A stretch of 57,055 nt of DNA from Rhodospirillales bacterium (GCA_947445225.1 CANFCX010000003.1:1-57055), one strand, 5' to 3'; counted from the stretch's first letter, positions 29,368-39,798 are shown. Numbers and translations are program-made. The notes: generated from the sequence alone by a model not told the origin.

Positions 29368-31188
29368 ATGGCCTACGACATCAGCACCAAGACCGGATTT
29401 GTCGCCAATCTCGGTAAGATTTATGGCGGTTATGCCGGCGCGTTTCTCGGATTTGTCGTCGTACTCGCTATCCTCGAGCAGATGGGCGTGCCCAACGCCG
29501 TCATCGGCTATTGCTTCGTGTTCCTGACCATTGGCGTCTATGCCTATATCGGTATCCTTTCGCGCACGATGGAGCTGTCGGAATATTACGTGGCCGGCCG
29601 CGTCGTCCCCGCTTTTTACAACGGCATGGCCACCGGCGCCGACTGGATGAGCGCGGCGTCCTTCATTTCCATGGCCGGCGGCCTCTATCTCGCCGGCTTC
29701 GCCAATCTCGGCTACGTCCTGGGGTGGACGGGCGGTTACGTGCTGGTGGCGATCCTGCTGGCGCCCTATCTGCGCAAATTCGGTCAGTTCACCGTGCCCG
29801 ATTTCCTGGGGACACGGTACGAAGGAAACGGCGCCCGTGTCTGCGGGGTGATTGTGCTTTTCGCCGCGTCCTTCACCTACATCGTGGCCCAGTGTTACGG
29901 CATCGGCATCATCACCTCGCGTTTCATCGGCATCAGTTTTGAACTTGCCATCTTTGTCGGGCTCGCCGGCATCCTGGTGTGTTCGATGCTGGGCGGCATG
30001 CGCGCGGTGACCTGGACTCAGGTGGCGCAATACATCGTGTTGATCGTTGCCTATCTGGTCCCGGTTATCTGGCTGTCGACCAAACTGTACGGCATCCCGA
30101 TTCCGGAACTGACCTATGGCATGGCGTTGGAAGAGATCGCTTCGCTCGAACAGAAGCTCGGCATTCTCAAGCCCCACGCCGCGCCCTATGTCGACGCGGC
30201 GGGCAAGTTCAGCTGGGTCGAATTCAACAATTTCTGGGCGCTGGTGTTGTGCCTCATGGTTGGCACCGCATCGCTTCCGCACATCCTGATGCGTTATTTC
30301 ACCACGCCCAATGTGCGTCAGGCGCGTGAATCCGTGGGCTGGAGCATCTTCTTCATCTTCCTGCTTTATTTCACGGCTCCGGCCTATGCCGCCTTCGCCA
30401 AGCTTGAGGTTTATTCCCACGTCATCGGACAACCGATCGCGCAGCTACCGATCTGGGTCCAAAACTGGTCTCAAGTCGGCGGGTTGCTCACGATCCGCGA
30501 CGCCAACAACGACGGCATCCTTCAACTCGCCGAATTCATCATCAACCAGGACATCATCGTTCTGTCGATGCCGGAAATCGCCGGCTTGCCCTATGTGATC
30601 TCGGGCTTGGTGGCGGCGGGTGGTCTCGCGGCGGCGTTATCCACCGCGGACGGACTTCTGCTCGCCATCGCCAACGCGCTTAGCCACGACATCTATTACA
30701 AAATGCTCGATCCGAAGGCGAGCACGACTCGGCGCCTGACCGTCGCCCGCGTTCTGCTGGTCGGCGTGGCCCTGGTGGCCGCGGCGGTGGCGGGAACGCG
30801 TCCCGACGGCATCATCCAGATGGTGGCCTGGGCGTTTTCCCTAGCCGCGGCCGGACTCTTCGCTCCGCTGGTGCTGGGGATCTGGTGGAAGCGAACAACC
30901 GCGGCCGGCGCCGTTGCCGGCATGATCAGCGGCTTTTCGGTGTGTCTCTTCTATCTGGTGATGACGCGGTATTTCCCGGAAACGTTCCAGGCTTGGTTCG
31001 GCACCAATCTGTGGTGGGGAATCCGTAACATCTCCAGCGCGCTGTTCGGCCTGCCGGTGGCCTTCGGCGTGACCTGGGCTGTCAGCATGTTGACGACGCC
31101 ACCGTCCAAAGAGATGCAGGATTTCGTCGATTCGATCCGCACGCCCCGGGGCGACGTGAAGTGGGCGATCGCCGGCGTCCGCGAATAA
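29368..31188 (+). CDS. Sodium:solute symporter, VC_2705/ActP-like subfamily
   Basis: YYVAGR, NGMATGADWMSAASFIS, APYLRKFGQFTVPDF, TWTQVAQY, LPHILMRYFT, AAALSTADGLL. Confidence 0.93.
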   Translation: MAYDISTKTGFVANLGKIYGGYAGAFLGFVVVLAILEQMGVPNAVIGYCFVFLTIGVYAYIGILSRTMELSEYYVAGRVVPAFYNGMATGADWMSAASFISMAGGLYLAGFANLGYVLGWTGGYVLVAILLAPYLRKFGQFTVPDFLGTRYEGNGARVCGVIVLFAASFTYIVAQCYGIGIITSRFIGISFELAIFVGLAGILVCSMLGGMRAVTWTQVAQYIVLIVAYLVPVIWLSTKLYGIPIPELTYGMALEEIASLEQKLGILKPHAAPYVDAAGKFSWVEFNNFWALVLCLMVGTASLPHILMRYFTTPNVRQARESVGWSIFFIFLLYFTAPAYAAFAKLEVYSHVIGQPIAQLPIWVQNWSQVGGLLTIRDANNDGILQLAEFIINQDIIVLSMPEIAGLPYVISGLVAAGGLAAALSTADGLLLAIANALSHDIYYKMLDPKASTTRRLTVARVLLVGVALVAAAVAGTRPDGIIQMVAWAFSLAAAGLFAPLVLGIWWKRTTAAGAVAGMISGFSVCLFYLVMTRYFPETFQAWFGTNLWWGIRNISSALFGLPVAFGVTWAVSMLTTPPSKEMQDFVDSIRTPRGDVKWAIAGVRE

Positions 31189-31206
31189 CAAACTTTCTAT
31201 AGAATG

Positions 31207-31240
31207 GGGCAGGGCACGGTCACGGGCCCTGCCCTTTTTC
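31207..31240 (+). terminator. Rho-independent terminator after SSS gene
   Basis: GGGCAGGGC ... GCCCTGCCC followed by TTTTT. Confidence 0.7.
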
Positions 31241-31259
31241 TTAGCGAGATTTCAAGCCG

Positions 31260-31580
31260 ATGGCGGGACAGGATATTTGGTGGAGTTATTGGTATTTCCA
31301 CCTGCCCAATTACGCGCTTTCGGTGTTGTTCTACACGATGTTCGGGCGGTTCGCCCTCGGCCTCTTGCTTCCCCCGGATAGCCCGAATTACGTCTATCGC
31401 TGGTTCCGCCGGCTGACCGATTGGATCGTCGCGCCGGTTGCCTTTGTCACGCCGCGCGCCCTCCATGGCCCGCTCCTGGCTCCGGTCGCGGCCTTTTGGA
31501 TCATGGTCGCGCGGGTCACGTTATTCGCCGTGTTGTACGCCGCGGAGCTTTTGCCGCGGGCGGCGCCGGGGACTTCCTGA
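31260..31580 (+). CDS. Small membrane protein (YggT-like)
   Basis: Hydrophobic; NYVYRWFRRLTD...TP pattern resembles YggT. Confidence 0.65.
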   Translation: MAGQDIWWSYWYFHLPNYALSVLFYTMFGRFALGLLLPPDSPNYVYRWFRRLTDWIVAPVAFVTPRALHGPLLAPVAAFWIMVARVTLFAVLYAAELLPRAAPGTS

Positions 31581-31586
31581 CGGCCC

Positions 31587-31913
31587 ATGGGCGACCGCCG
31601 CAACCTGCTGATGATCGTGGTCGGATTGTGCGCCGCCAATGGCGTGTTTTCGCCCTATGTCGCCATCGCGCTTCAGATCGCGCCGGTTTTGATGCCCGAG
31701 GTGTTCCCGCGCACCGTGGGCTGGGCTTTGTTCTTCAGTTCGGTCGCGGTGTCGACGGCGACCTTGTTGCTCAGCGGGGTGCCGGCGGCGCTCTACGAAA
31801 GGCTGACGCGGAATGAAGAGGGCACGGCGTCGATGTGGATTTGGATGGCGGGCGCCGCCTTCCTTTCACTTCCGGCCCTGGTCAATCTCGACCGGATCGT
31901 CCGCGCCGATTGA
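31587..31913 (+). CDS. Hypothetical membrane protein
   Basis: 3 hydrophobic segments, GVPAALYER; 6 bp after the previous gene. Confidence 0.65.
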   Translation: MGDRRNLLMIVVGLCAANGVFSPYVAIALQIAPVLMPEVFPRTVGWALFFSSVAVSTATLLLSGVPAALYERLTRNEEGTASMWIWMAGAAFLSLPALVNLDRIVRAD

Positions 31914-31988
31914 CCCCCGATTGCCGCGCCAAACGCGCTTCCCATTCTGGTATCATCCGACGGGCGCGCATTGGATTTTCGTTATCCC

Positions 31989-32360
31989 ATGGATCGCATT
32001 CGCTACTTCGCCGACCAATCGATACGCCGCGCTTGCGGCTTTGGCTTTCTGGCGCTCGCCACCGGCATGGTCGGCCTTTATTGGGACATCGCCAGCGCCC
32101 TGAAACTTGGCGCGACCGGGGCCACGTTCATGGCGGCGCTATTGGTGTGGAAAGCGTTCGAGGCGCCACGGCGCAATTATCGGCGCACCGAAGTCTTTCT
32201 GTTGATGGACAAGAAACACGATTTTCCGGAAGCCCGCGCTCAGCAGATTTTCGGTAACACCCTGCGGGATCGTTACCTTTGGCACGCCACGCTCATCGCC
32301 GGATTGGCGGCTGTCTTGTGGTTGTTTGCATTTGTCGTACAGATCGTCGGAGCGGATTAG
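31989..32360 (+). CDS. Hypothetical membrane protein
   Basis: 3 hydrophobic segments, SIRRACGF, YRRTEV. Confidence 0.65.
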   Translation: MDRIRYFADQSIRRACGFGFLALATGMVGLYWDIASALKLGATGATFMAALLVWKAFEAPRRNYRRTEVFLLMDKKHDFPEARAQQIFGNTLRDRYLWHATLIAGLAAVLWLFAFVVQIVGAD

Positions 32361-32386
32361 GCCGCCGCCACTTGGCCGCGCGACAA

Positions 32387-32686
32387 TCAGAAGACGGCGG
32401 CGAAACTACCGTCCAGCCGTTTCTCGGCGATGCATTGATAAAGGCCGCGCTTCTCGCCCATTTCGTACCGGATCGAGACGCGGAACTGATCGTCGCCGGT
32501 CGAAATCGCGACCAAGGATTTCTCGAATGGCTCGAAATTGGCCGCGGCGAGTTCGGATCCCGGCTTTTTGGCGTTGGCGAGGCAAATATCGTAGGCCGCT
32601 CGATTGAACTTTTCGCTCTGACCGCAGCCGGCGACCAAGAGCGCCGCCGAAAGGATCGCTGCGAGCCGGGCGGTGAACACGGGCAT
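32387..32686 (-). CDS. Hypothetical lipoprotein
   Basis: Lipobox LVAG-C after a hydrophobic signal peptide; two further Cys. Confidence 0.65.
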   Translation of the reverse strand: MPVFTARLAAILSAALLVAGCGQSEKFNRAAYDICLANAKKPGSELAAANFEPFEKSLVAISTGDDQFRVSIRYEMGEKRGLYQCIAEKRLDGSFAAVF

Positions 32687-32865
32687 GGGTATCATCCTCA
32701 AGCCTGAGGCTGCTTAAGCGCGGTCGTGTGAATATCGAGCGTGTCCCACTGGGTCAAGTCCAATGCGGCGCCTTCGCGCGCGCCGATTTCACCGCTTCGG
32801 AAAACTTGCACTTCGGTTGTTGATTTCCTATATATTACATGACTAATTCGTAGAATGGGACAATC

Positions 32866-34092
32866 GTGCTGAACGGCAAACGTGTTCTGTTGATCATTTC
32901 CGGCGGCATCGCGGCTTACAAGAGCCTCGATCTCATCCGCCGGTTGCGCGAGCGCGGCGCCGCGGTTCGCTGTGTCCTCACCGAAGGGGGCGCGCAATTC
33001 GTCACGCCGCTTTCCGTCGCGGCACTCAGCGAAGACAAGGTTTACGGCGACCTGTTTTCGCTGACCGACGAAAGCGAAATGGGCCACATACGTTTGTCGC
33101 GCGAGGCCGACCTTATCGTCGTCGCCCCCGCGAGCGCGGACATCTTGGCGAAAATGGCGACCGGCTTGGCTGGCGACCTCGCCGCCGCCGTATTGCTTGC
33201 CTCCGATAAACCGGTGCTGGTGGCGCCCGCCATGAACACCATGATGTGGCGCCATCCGGCGACTCAGCGCAATGTGCAGACCTTGGCGGGCTGGGGAATC
33301 CAGCGCGTCGGCCCGCGACCCGGCGATTTGGCCTGCGGCGAGACCGGCGATGGCCGCATGGCCGAGCCGTTGGAGATCGTCGAGGCCATCGAGGCGATGT
33401 TCGTTCCGGCGCGACCTCTTTCCGGAAAGCGTGCACTGGTCACCAGCGGCCCCACCTACGAGGCGATCGATCCGGTTCGGTATATCGCCAATCGTTCTTC
33501 CGGCCGTCAGGGCCATGCCATCGCAGCCGCGCTGGCCCGCCACGGCGCCGGGACGATCCTGGTCGCCGGGCCCACCGCGCTGCCCGATCCGCCCGGTGTC
33601 AAAACCGTTCACGTCGAGACCGCGGCCCAGATGCTGGCGGCGTGTGAAGCCGCGCTGCCCGTCGATCTCGCGGTGTGCGCCGCCGCCGTGGCGGATTGGC
33701 GACCGCAGGCGCCGGCCAACCGAAAACTCAAGAAGGACGGAAAAGCGCCGGTCCTGCACTTGGCCGAAAACACCGACATCCTGGCCCGATTGTCCACGCC
33801 CGGCCGAACGCGCCCGGCGCTCGTCGTCGGCTTCGCCGCCGAGACCGCCACGGACATCGATGAGCTTGTCACCCTCGCGTCGGCCAAACGTACGCGCAAG
33901 GGGTGCGATTGGATGCTGGCCAACGATGTCTCGACAGCCGCCGGTACGTTTGGGGGCGAGGCCAACACCGTTCACCTGATCGATGCGGCCGGTGTCGAAC
34001 ATTGGCCGCGTTTGGACAAGGACGCCGTCGGTGAACGCCTGGCCGAGCGCATCGGGAAGTATTTTTCGCCACGGCCGGGGGCCGCCGCGTGA
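32866..34092 (+). CDS. coaBC: Bifunctional PPC decarboxylase/PPC synthetase
   Basis: [45 protein letters not shown]. Confidence 0.96.
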   Translation: MLNGKRVLLIISGGIAAYKSLDLIRRLRERGAAVRCVLTEGGAQFVTPLSVAALSEDKVYGDLFSLTDESEMGHIRLSREADLIVVAPASADILAKMATGLAGDLAAAVLLASDKPVLVAPAMNTMMWRHPATQRNVQTLAGWGIQRVGPRPGDLACGETGDGRMAEPLEIVEAIEAMFVPARPLSGKRALVTSGPTYEAIDPVRYIANRSSGRQGHAIAAALARHGAGTILVAGPTALPDPPGVKTVHVETAAQMLAACEAALPVDLAVCAAAVADWRPQAPANRKLKKDGKAPVLHLAENTDILARLSTPGRTRPALVVGFAAETATDIDELVTLASAKRTRKGCDWMLANDVSTAAGTFGGEANTVHLIDAAGVEHWPRLDKDAVGERLAERIGKYFSPRPGAAA

Positions 34093-34538
34093 GCATCGCC
34101 GTGGCTTTGCGCCGGCTGCCGCACGCCGCCGAACTGCCGCTGCCGGCCCCCGCCACGGCCGGCGCCGCCGGCGCCGACCTGGCCGCCGCGATCACGTCCG
34201 AAATCGTGATTCCGCCGGGCGGACGCGCCTTGATTCCGACCGGTTTTGCGATCGCGGTTCCTTTGGGATTTGAGGCGCAAATCCGGCCGCGATCGGGTTT
34301 GGCGCTGCACCATGGCGTTGCCCTCTTGAACAGCCCCGGCACCATCGACTCCGATTACCGCGGCGAAATCGGCGTCATTCTGATCAATCTTGGCAGCGCC
34401 GATTTTCGCATCAGCCGCGGGATGCGCGTGGCCCAGATCATCCTCGCCCCGGTCGCGGCGGCGGCCTGGCAGGAGGTCGTTGCCCTTCCCGACAGTCCGC
34501 GCGGTGCCGGCGGCTTCGGGTCAACCGGCGTCGGCTGA
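34089..34538 (+). CDS. dut: dUTP diphosphatase
   Basis: [34 protein letters not shown]. Confidence 0.96.
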   Translation: MSIAVALRRLPHAAELPLPAPATAGAAGADLAAAITSEIVIPPGGRALIPTGFAIAVPLGFEAQIRPRSGLALHHGVALLNSPGTIDSDYRGEIGVILINLGSADFRISRGMRVAQIILAPVAAAAWQEVVALPDSPRGAGGFGSTGVG

Positions 34539-34548
34539 GGCGGCGACG

Positions 34549-35004
34549 ATGTTGAGGTTATCCAAGAAGCTCTTGTTCGCCATCGAGACGGTTTTGGACA
34601 TCGCCTACCACGCGGGGTCGGCGCCGGTCCGCAGCCCGGACATCACCCGCCGCCAGGGCATTCCGGCGCGCTCCCTGGAACCGGTTCTCCAGCATCTTGT
34701 GCGCGCCGGTGTGCTGACCGGCGTGCGCGGTCCGCGCGGGGGTTATCGCCTGGCGCGCGAGCGGCGGCGGATCACGCTGGGCGAAATCGTGCGCCTGGTG
34801 GGCGCGCTGGAAAAGACCAAGGACCCCATCTACGACGCCGCCGGTGCGCCGCTCGGCCACCGCGTCGTCCGCCCCTTGTGGCGGGAGTTGCAAGAGGAGC
34901 TGACGGAGCGGCTCGATGCCGTGACCATCGAGGATCTGTGCAAACGCGCCCGCGATGCCGGCGTCGAAAACGAAGCCGTGGCCGGTTATGACTACAGCAT
35001 CTGA
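34549..35004 (+). CDS. Rrf2 family transcriptional regulator (CymR/IscR-like, lacks Fe-S Cys triad)
   Basis: LEPVLQHL, GVRGPRGGYRLA, ITLGEI; upstream of cysK. Confidence 0.9.
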   Translation: MLRLSKKLLFAIETVLDIAYHAGSAPVRSPDITRRQGIPARSLEPVLQHLVRAGVLTGVRGPRGGYRLARERRRITLGEIVRLVGALEKTKDPIYDAAGAPLGHRVVRPLWRELQEELTERLDAVTIEDLCKRARDAGVENEAVAGYDYSI

Positions 35005-35040
35005 CGGATCGGGAGCGGCGTTCGGAATCGGGAGGGTGCG

Positions 35041-36021
35041 ATGAACCCGCGCGAGGCGCCCGGCTTGGCCGCGCGGGGTGAATTCCGCGGCCGCATCTAC
35101 GAAACCATCGTCGATACCATCGGCGCCACGCCGCTGGTGCGGCTGCGCCGGATCGCCAAGAAAGCGGGCGCCGTCGCCGATGTCGTGGCCAAGCTCGAGT
35201 TTTTCAACCCGCTGGGTTCGGTGAAGGACCGCATCGGCGTTGCCATGATCGAGGCGGCCGAGGCCGCGGGCACGATCAAGGCCGGCACGGTGGTGATCGA
35301 ACCGACCTCCGGCAATACCGGGATCGCGTTGGCGTTCGTCTGCGCCGCCAAGGGGTATCGGTTGATCTTGATCATGCCGGAGAGCATGTCGGTGGAACGC
35401 CGCAAGATGTTGAAACTGCTGGGCGCCGAACTTGAATTGACGCCGGCGGCCGAAGGCATGCGCGGCGCCATCCGGCGGGCGGAGCAGCTTTTGAAGGAAA
35501 TGCCCGATGCCTTCATGCCCCAGCAATTCAACAATCCGGCGAACCCCGAGATTCATCGGCGCACGACGGCGGAGGAAATCTGGCGGGATACCGAAGGCCG
35601 CGTCGACGTCGTGGTCAGCGGCGTCGGCACCGGCGGAACCTTGACCGGCGTCGGCGAGGTGATCAAGCCGCGCCGGCCCGGCCTGCAGATGGTCGCGGTC
35701 GAGCCCGAGGATAGCCCGGTTCTGTCGGGTGGGGCGCCCGGTCCGCATAAGATTCAGGGCATTGGCGCCGGGTTCATTCCCGATATCCTGCGCCGCGACC
35801 TTATCGATGAAGTCATCCGCGTCGGCAACGCCACCGCGTTTGAAACCGCGCGCGAGGTCGCGCGCCTCGAGGGCATACCGGTTGGCATCTCCTCCGGCGC
35901 CGCCATCGCCGCCGGTCTCGAAATCGCCGCGCGCAAGACTATGGCCGGCAAATTGATCGTCGTCGTGGTACCGTCTTTCGCCGAACGTTATCTTTCCACC
36001 CCCCTTTTCGAAGGCCTGTGA
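35041..36021 (+). CDS. cysK: Cysteine synthase A
   Basis: [49 protein letters not shown]. Confidence 0.96.
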   Translation: MNPREAPGLAARGEFRGRIYETIVDTIGATPLVRLRRIAKKAGAVADVVAKLEFFNPLGSVKDRIGVAMIEAAEAAGTIKAGTVVIEPTSGNTGIALAFVCAAKGYRLILIMPESMSVERRKMLKLLGAELELTPAAEGMRGAIRRAEQLLKEMPDAFMPQQFNNPANPEIHRRTTAEEIWRDTEGRVDVVVSGVGTGGTLTGVGEVIKPRRPGLQMVAVEPEDSPVLSGGAPGPHKIQGIGAGFIPDILRRDLIDEVIRVGNATAFETAREVARLEGIPVGISSGAAIAAGLEIAARKTMAGKLIVVVVPSFAERYLSTPLFEGL

Positions 36022-36022
36022 C

Positions 36023-36829
36023 ATGGAACTCAGCGAGCATCAGATCCACCGCTATGCGCGCCATCTGATCCTCGACGAAGTGGGCGAGGAAGGTCAGGCC
36101 AAGCTGTTGGCGGCGCGTGTGTTGGTGATCGGCGCGGGTGGTTTGGGTTCGCCCGTCTTGCTCTATTTGGCCGCGGCCGGCATCGGCACGCTTGGCTTCG
36201 TCGACAGCGACGTCGTTGAATTGTCGAACCTTCAGCGCCAAATCATCCACACCAATGACAGCATCGGCCGCGCGAAAGTGGATAGCGCGCTGGCCACGCT
36301 GCGCTCGGTCAATCCCGACATCACACTTGTCCCGCACCATTTCCGGCTGACGGTCGACAATGTGCGCGAATTGATCGCCGATTACGATCTGGTCGCCGAT
36401 GGCAGCGACAATTTCAGCACGCGGTATCTGCTGAACGACGCCTGCTACCTGGCGAAAAAGCCCCTGGTGTCGGCCGCCCTCCTGCGCTTCGAGGGCCAGC
36501 TTTCGACCTTCAAGGCACACCACCCCGGCGATGGGTTCCCGTGTTATCGGTGCATCTTTCGCGACCCGCCGCCGCCGGATTTGATTCCGCGCTGCGAGCA
36601 GGCCGGCATCCTGGGATCGGTGGCCGGGGTTCTGGGCACACTTCAGGCGACGGAGATCGTGAAAGAGGTCCTTGGTCTGGGCGACAGCCTCTCCGGCCAG
36701 TTGTTGATCTATGACGCTCTCTCTTCGGAATTCCGCAAGATCAAGGTCAAGCGCGACCCCGGCTGCCCGCTTTGCGGGTCGCAGGCGACGATCAAGGATT
36801 TGTCGCGCCACGAAAAGAAGCCGAATTGA
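36023..36829 (+). CDS. moeB: MoeB/ThiF family adenylyltransferase
   Basis: RYARHL, GAGGLGSP, SNLQRQ, CYRC, active Cys (PRCEQAG), CPLC. Confidence 0.88.
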   Translation: MELSEHQIHRYARHLILDEVGEEGQAKLLAARVLVIGAGGLGSPVLLYLAAAGIGTLGFVDSDVVELSNLQRQIIHTNDSIGRAKVDSALATLRSVNPDITLVPHHFRLTVDNVRELIADYDLVADGSDNFSTRYLLNDACYLAKKPLVSAALLRFEGQLSTFKAHHPGDGFPCYRCIFRDPPPPDLIPRCEQAGILGSVAGVLGTLQATEIVKEVLGLGDSLSGQLLIYDALSSEFRKIKVKRDPGCPLCGSQATIKDLSRHEKKPN

Positions 36830-36875
36830 GACCGCGTCGAGTTTGATCTCGACGGTACGCGACCCCGGACATGAC

Positions 36876-37811
36876 ATGACCACCGACCGACTTCGCATCG
36901 GCACGCGCGGTTCCCCCCTCGCGCTGGCCCAGGCCGATGAAACACGCCGGCGGCTCATCGCCGCGCACCCGGCCTTGGCCGAGGCCGGCGCCATCGACAT
37001 CGTTGTCATCAAGACGACGGGCGACAACGTGGTCGATCGGCCGCTTGCCGATGTCGGCGGCAAGGGTTTGTTCACCAAGGAAATCGACGAGGCGCTGTTG
37101 GCCGGGGTCGTCGATCTCGGCGTGCACTCGACCAAAGACATGCCAACCATCCTTCCCGACGGACTCATCCTCGCCACCGTGCTGCCCCGGCAGGACCCCC
37201 GCGACGTGTTGATCGCTCCGGGCGCGCGTTCCCTGCGCGAGTTGCCGGCGAACGCGTCGCTCGGCACTTCATCGCCGCGGCGCCAGGCGCAGGTCCTTGC
37301 GTTGCGTCCCGATCTTCGCGTGTTGCCCCTGCGCGGCAATGTGCAGACTCGTTTGCGCAAGGTCGGCGAGGGCGCGGTTGGCGCCACGCTGCTGGCTCTG
37401 GCCGGGCTGCGGCGTCTTGGCCTTCCCGACGACACCGGCGCGATCCTCGAAGCCAGCGAAATGCTGCCGGCGGTGGCGCAAGGGGCCATCGGATTGGAAT
37501 GCCGCGAAAGCGATTCCCGCGTGCGGGCCTTGATCCAACCCTTGAACGACGGCCCCAGCTTCATCGCCATAACCGCCGAACGCGCCATGCTGGCGGTGCT
37601 CGACGGCTCCTGCCGCACGCCAATCGGCGGGCTCGCCGAGGTCGACGGAAGCCGGATCGTTCTGCGCGGGCTGCTCGCGCGGCCGGACGGGTCCGGCCTG
37701 TGGCGGGCGGAGCGATCCGGGGCCGCCGCCGACGCCGCCGCGATCGGCCGGGACCTCGGCGCGGCCCTGCGCGCCGCCGCCGGAGCCGATTACGCCGCGC
37801 TCACCGGATGA
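36876..37811 (+). CDS. hemC: Hydroxymethylbilane synthase
   Basis: IGTRGSPLALAQ, GGKGLFTKE, HSTKDMP, GTSSPRR, LRGNV, LDGSCRTP. Confidence 0.96.
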   Translation: MTTDRLRIGTRGSPLALAQADETRRRLIAAHPALAEAGAIDIVVIKTTGDNVVDRPLADVGGKGLFTKEIDEALLAGVVDLGVHSTKDMPTILPDGLILATVLPRQDPRDVLIAPGARSLRELPANASLGTSSPRRQAQVLALRPDLRVLPLRGNVQTRLRKVGEGAVGATLLALAGLRRLGLPDDTGAILEASEMLPAVAQGAIGLECRESDSRVRALIQPLNDGPSFIAITAERAMLAVLDGSCRTPIGGLAEVDGSRIVLRGLLARPDGSGLWRAERSGAAADAAAIGRDLGAALRAAAGADYAALTG

Positions 37812-37817
37812 AGCGGC

Positions 37818-38540
37818 ATGCGTGTCCTCATCACCCGGCCGCGCGAGGATGCCGAGAGCCTGGCGGCGATTCTCGGCGAACGCGGAATCGATGCTCTGGT
37901 CGAACCGCTCCTCGAGATTCGTTTGCTGCCCGATGCCGTGGTTACGCTTGACGGCGTGCAGGCCGTTCTTCTGACCAGCGCCAATGGCGCCCGGGCGTTT
38001 GGCGGGCTCTGCGACCGGCGCGATGTGCCGGTCTTCGCCGTCGGCGCTGCCACGGCGAGGACGGCGCGCGACCTCGGATTTTCCAACGTCCATAGCGCCG
38101 GTGGCGATATCGGCGACCTGGCGCACCTCGCCGCCGCGCGCCTCGATCCGCGGGCCGGGGCTTTGCTTCATGTCGCCGGAACCGAAATCGCGGGCGACCT
38201 TTCGGGCATTTTGGGTGGACGGGGTTTTTCGGTCAGGCGGGCGACGCTCTACGAGGCACGCCCGGTAGCGGCTCTTTCCAGCCGGGTGATGGCGGCGATG
38301 GCGGATGGTTCCCTCGACGCCGCCCTGTTTTTCTCTCCCCGGACGGCGTCCGCCTTTGTTAATTTGGCGCGGGGGGCGGATGTGGCGGAGAAATGCGCGA
38401 CCATCGACGCAATCTGCTTGAGTGCTGCCGTCTCCAAGGCGTTGGAAGGCCTGACCTGGCGGTCGCGGCGCGTGGCGGACCGGCCGGACCAGGCTTCTCT
38501 GCTCGCCTGCCTTCAACATTCGCTGGAGGATCGGGCCTAA
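37818..38540 (+). CDS. hemD: Uroporphyrinogen-III synthase
   Basis: VLITRP, TSANG, AVGAATA, FFSPRTA; directly after hemC. Confidence 0.92.
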   Translation: MRVLITRPREDAESLAAILGERGIDALVEPLLEIRLLPDAVVTLDGVQAVLLTSANGARAFGGLCDRRDVPVFAVGAATARTARDLGFSNVHSAGGDIGDLAHLAAARLDPRAGALLHVAGTEIAGDLSGILGGRGFSVRRATLYEARPVAALSSRVMAAMADGSLDAALFFSPRTASAFVNLARGADVAEKCATIDAICLSAAVSKALEGLTWRSRRVADRPDQASLLACLQHSLEDRA

Positions 38541-38589
38541 TGCCTGGGATTCCCCCTCTGCGCGGAACAAGGCGAGCGCGTTCGGGGCC

Positions 38590-39798
38590 ATGCCGATGAC
38601 CGACGCGCCGCCAACACCCGTGCCGGAGGCGCCGGCGACGGCCGTCTCGGAAAAACCGAACGCGCCGATCGCCAAACCGGCGGCCGACCATTCCGCACGC
38701 GGACTGCGCTGGACGGGTGCCGCGGTTCTCGTCACCGCCACCCTCGGCCTGGCCGCCTATTTCGCGACGATGCCCCCGGCACCGCCGCCTCCCGCACCGC
38801 CGCCTCCCGCACCGCCGCCGACCGCGCCGCCGAATATCGTGTCCGTGCCGCCCGCGATCGATCCTGAGTTGATATCGCGGCTCGCGCGTATCGAGGCGCG
38901 GCTGGCCGAGCCGCCACCCCGCGAACCCGTCGGTGTTTCGGCGGCGGAGACTGCCGCGTTGGCGCAGCGTCTGGCGGCCGTGGAGCTTGCCGCGACCGAA
39001 AGTCGAACGTTTGCCGCCGCCGTCGAATCACTTCGCCGCGACCTTGCCGCCGCGGAGATCAAGCGCGCGACCGAGGCGGGTGGGCTCGCAACACAACTGG
39101 CGGCGATAGACGTCCCGGCGGAACAGGTTTCCGAACCGCGGCTGCGGGCAATCGAAGAGAGGGTCGCCGGTCTGGCGGCTTCGATCGAGGCGATGCGCGG
39201 CGAGGTAGCCGCCGCCGCCAAGGTGCTGGCCGAGCGCGCCCAGGCCGATACCGGCTCCGCCGCGCGTCAGGCCTCAGTCGAGGCGCGGATGGCGGCGACG
39301 CAGATCGCTTTGCGACTCCGCGCGGGTTTGAGCATCGGGGCGCCCTTCGCCGCCGATTTGGCCGCTTCACGCGCGGCTTGGTCCGGTAATCCGACGGTGC
39401 TGCGGCTGCTGGCGTCGTTGGACGCCCACGCCGACAGGGGACTGCCCACCATCGAGGTCCTGCGTGTTCGTTTCCAGCGCGTCGCCGGAGAGGCGATGGC
39501 GGCGGCAATTGTCCCGGCCGACCCGAATTGGGCGAGTGGGTTTCTGCGCCGGCTGGTTTCCGCCATCAGCATCCGGCCGGTCGGCGATGTCGCCGGAAGC
39601 GACGCCGCGGCGGTTGTCGCGCGCACCGAGGTCAGACTCGCCGCCAACGACCTGCCGGGGGCGGTGGCCGTGTTGGCGGAAATCGCCGAGTCGCCGGTCG
39701 CGGCGGCGGTCGGGCCGTGGCTCACGGTCGCACGCGCGCGTCTGGCGGCGGAAATGGCGGTTCAGGCCATGCTGGCCGACGCCAGTCAACTTCCCTAG
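38590..39798 (+). CDS. COG4223 / mitofilin-like (alphaproteobacterial Mic60) inner membrane protein
   Basis: TM helix, Pro-rich linker, coiled coil, C-terminal GAPF...GLPT...ISIRP...ARTE...W...ARARL; lies between hemD and hemY. Confidence 0.8.
   Translation: MPMTDAPPTPVPEAPATAVSEKPNAPIAKPAADHSARGLRWTGAAVLVTATLGLAAYFATMPPAPPPPAPPPPAPPPTAPPNIVSVPPAIDPELISRLARIEARLAEPPPREPVGVSAAETAALAQRLAAVELAATESRTFAAAVESLRRDLAAAEIKRATEAGGLATQLAAIDVPAEQVSEPRLRAIEERVAGLAASIEAMRGEVAAAAKVLAERAQADTGSAARQASVEARMAATQIALRLRAGLSIGAPFAADLAASRAAWSGNPTVLRLLASLDAHADRGLPTIEVLRVRFQRVAGEAMAAAIVPADPNWASGFLRRLVSAISIRPVGDVAGSDAAAVVARTEVRLAANDLPGAVAVLAEIAESPVAAAVGPWLTVARARLAAEMAVQAMLADASQLP
38779..38819 (+). repeat. 15-bp tandem repeat encoding APPPP
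   Basis: GCACCGCCGCCTCCC x2 plus partial third copy. Confidence 0.8.
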
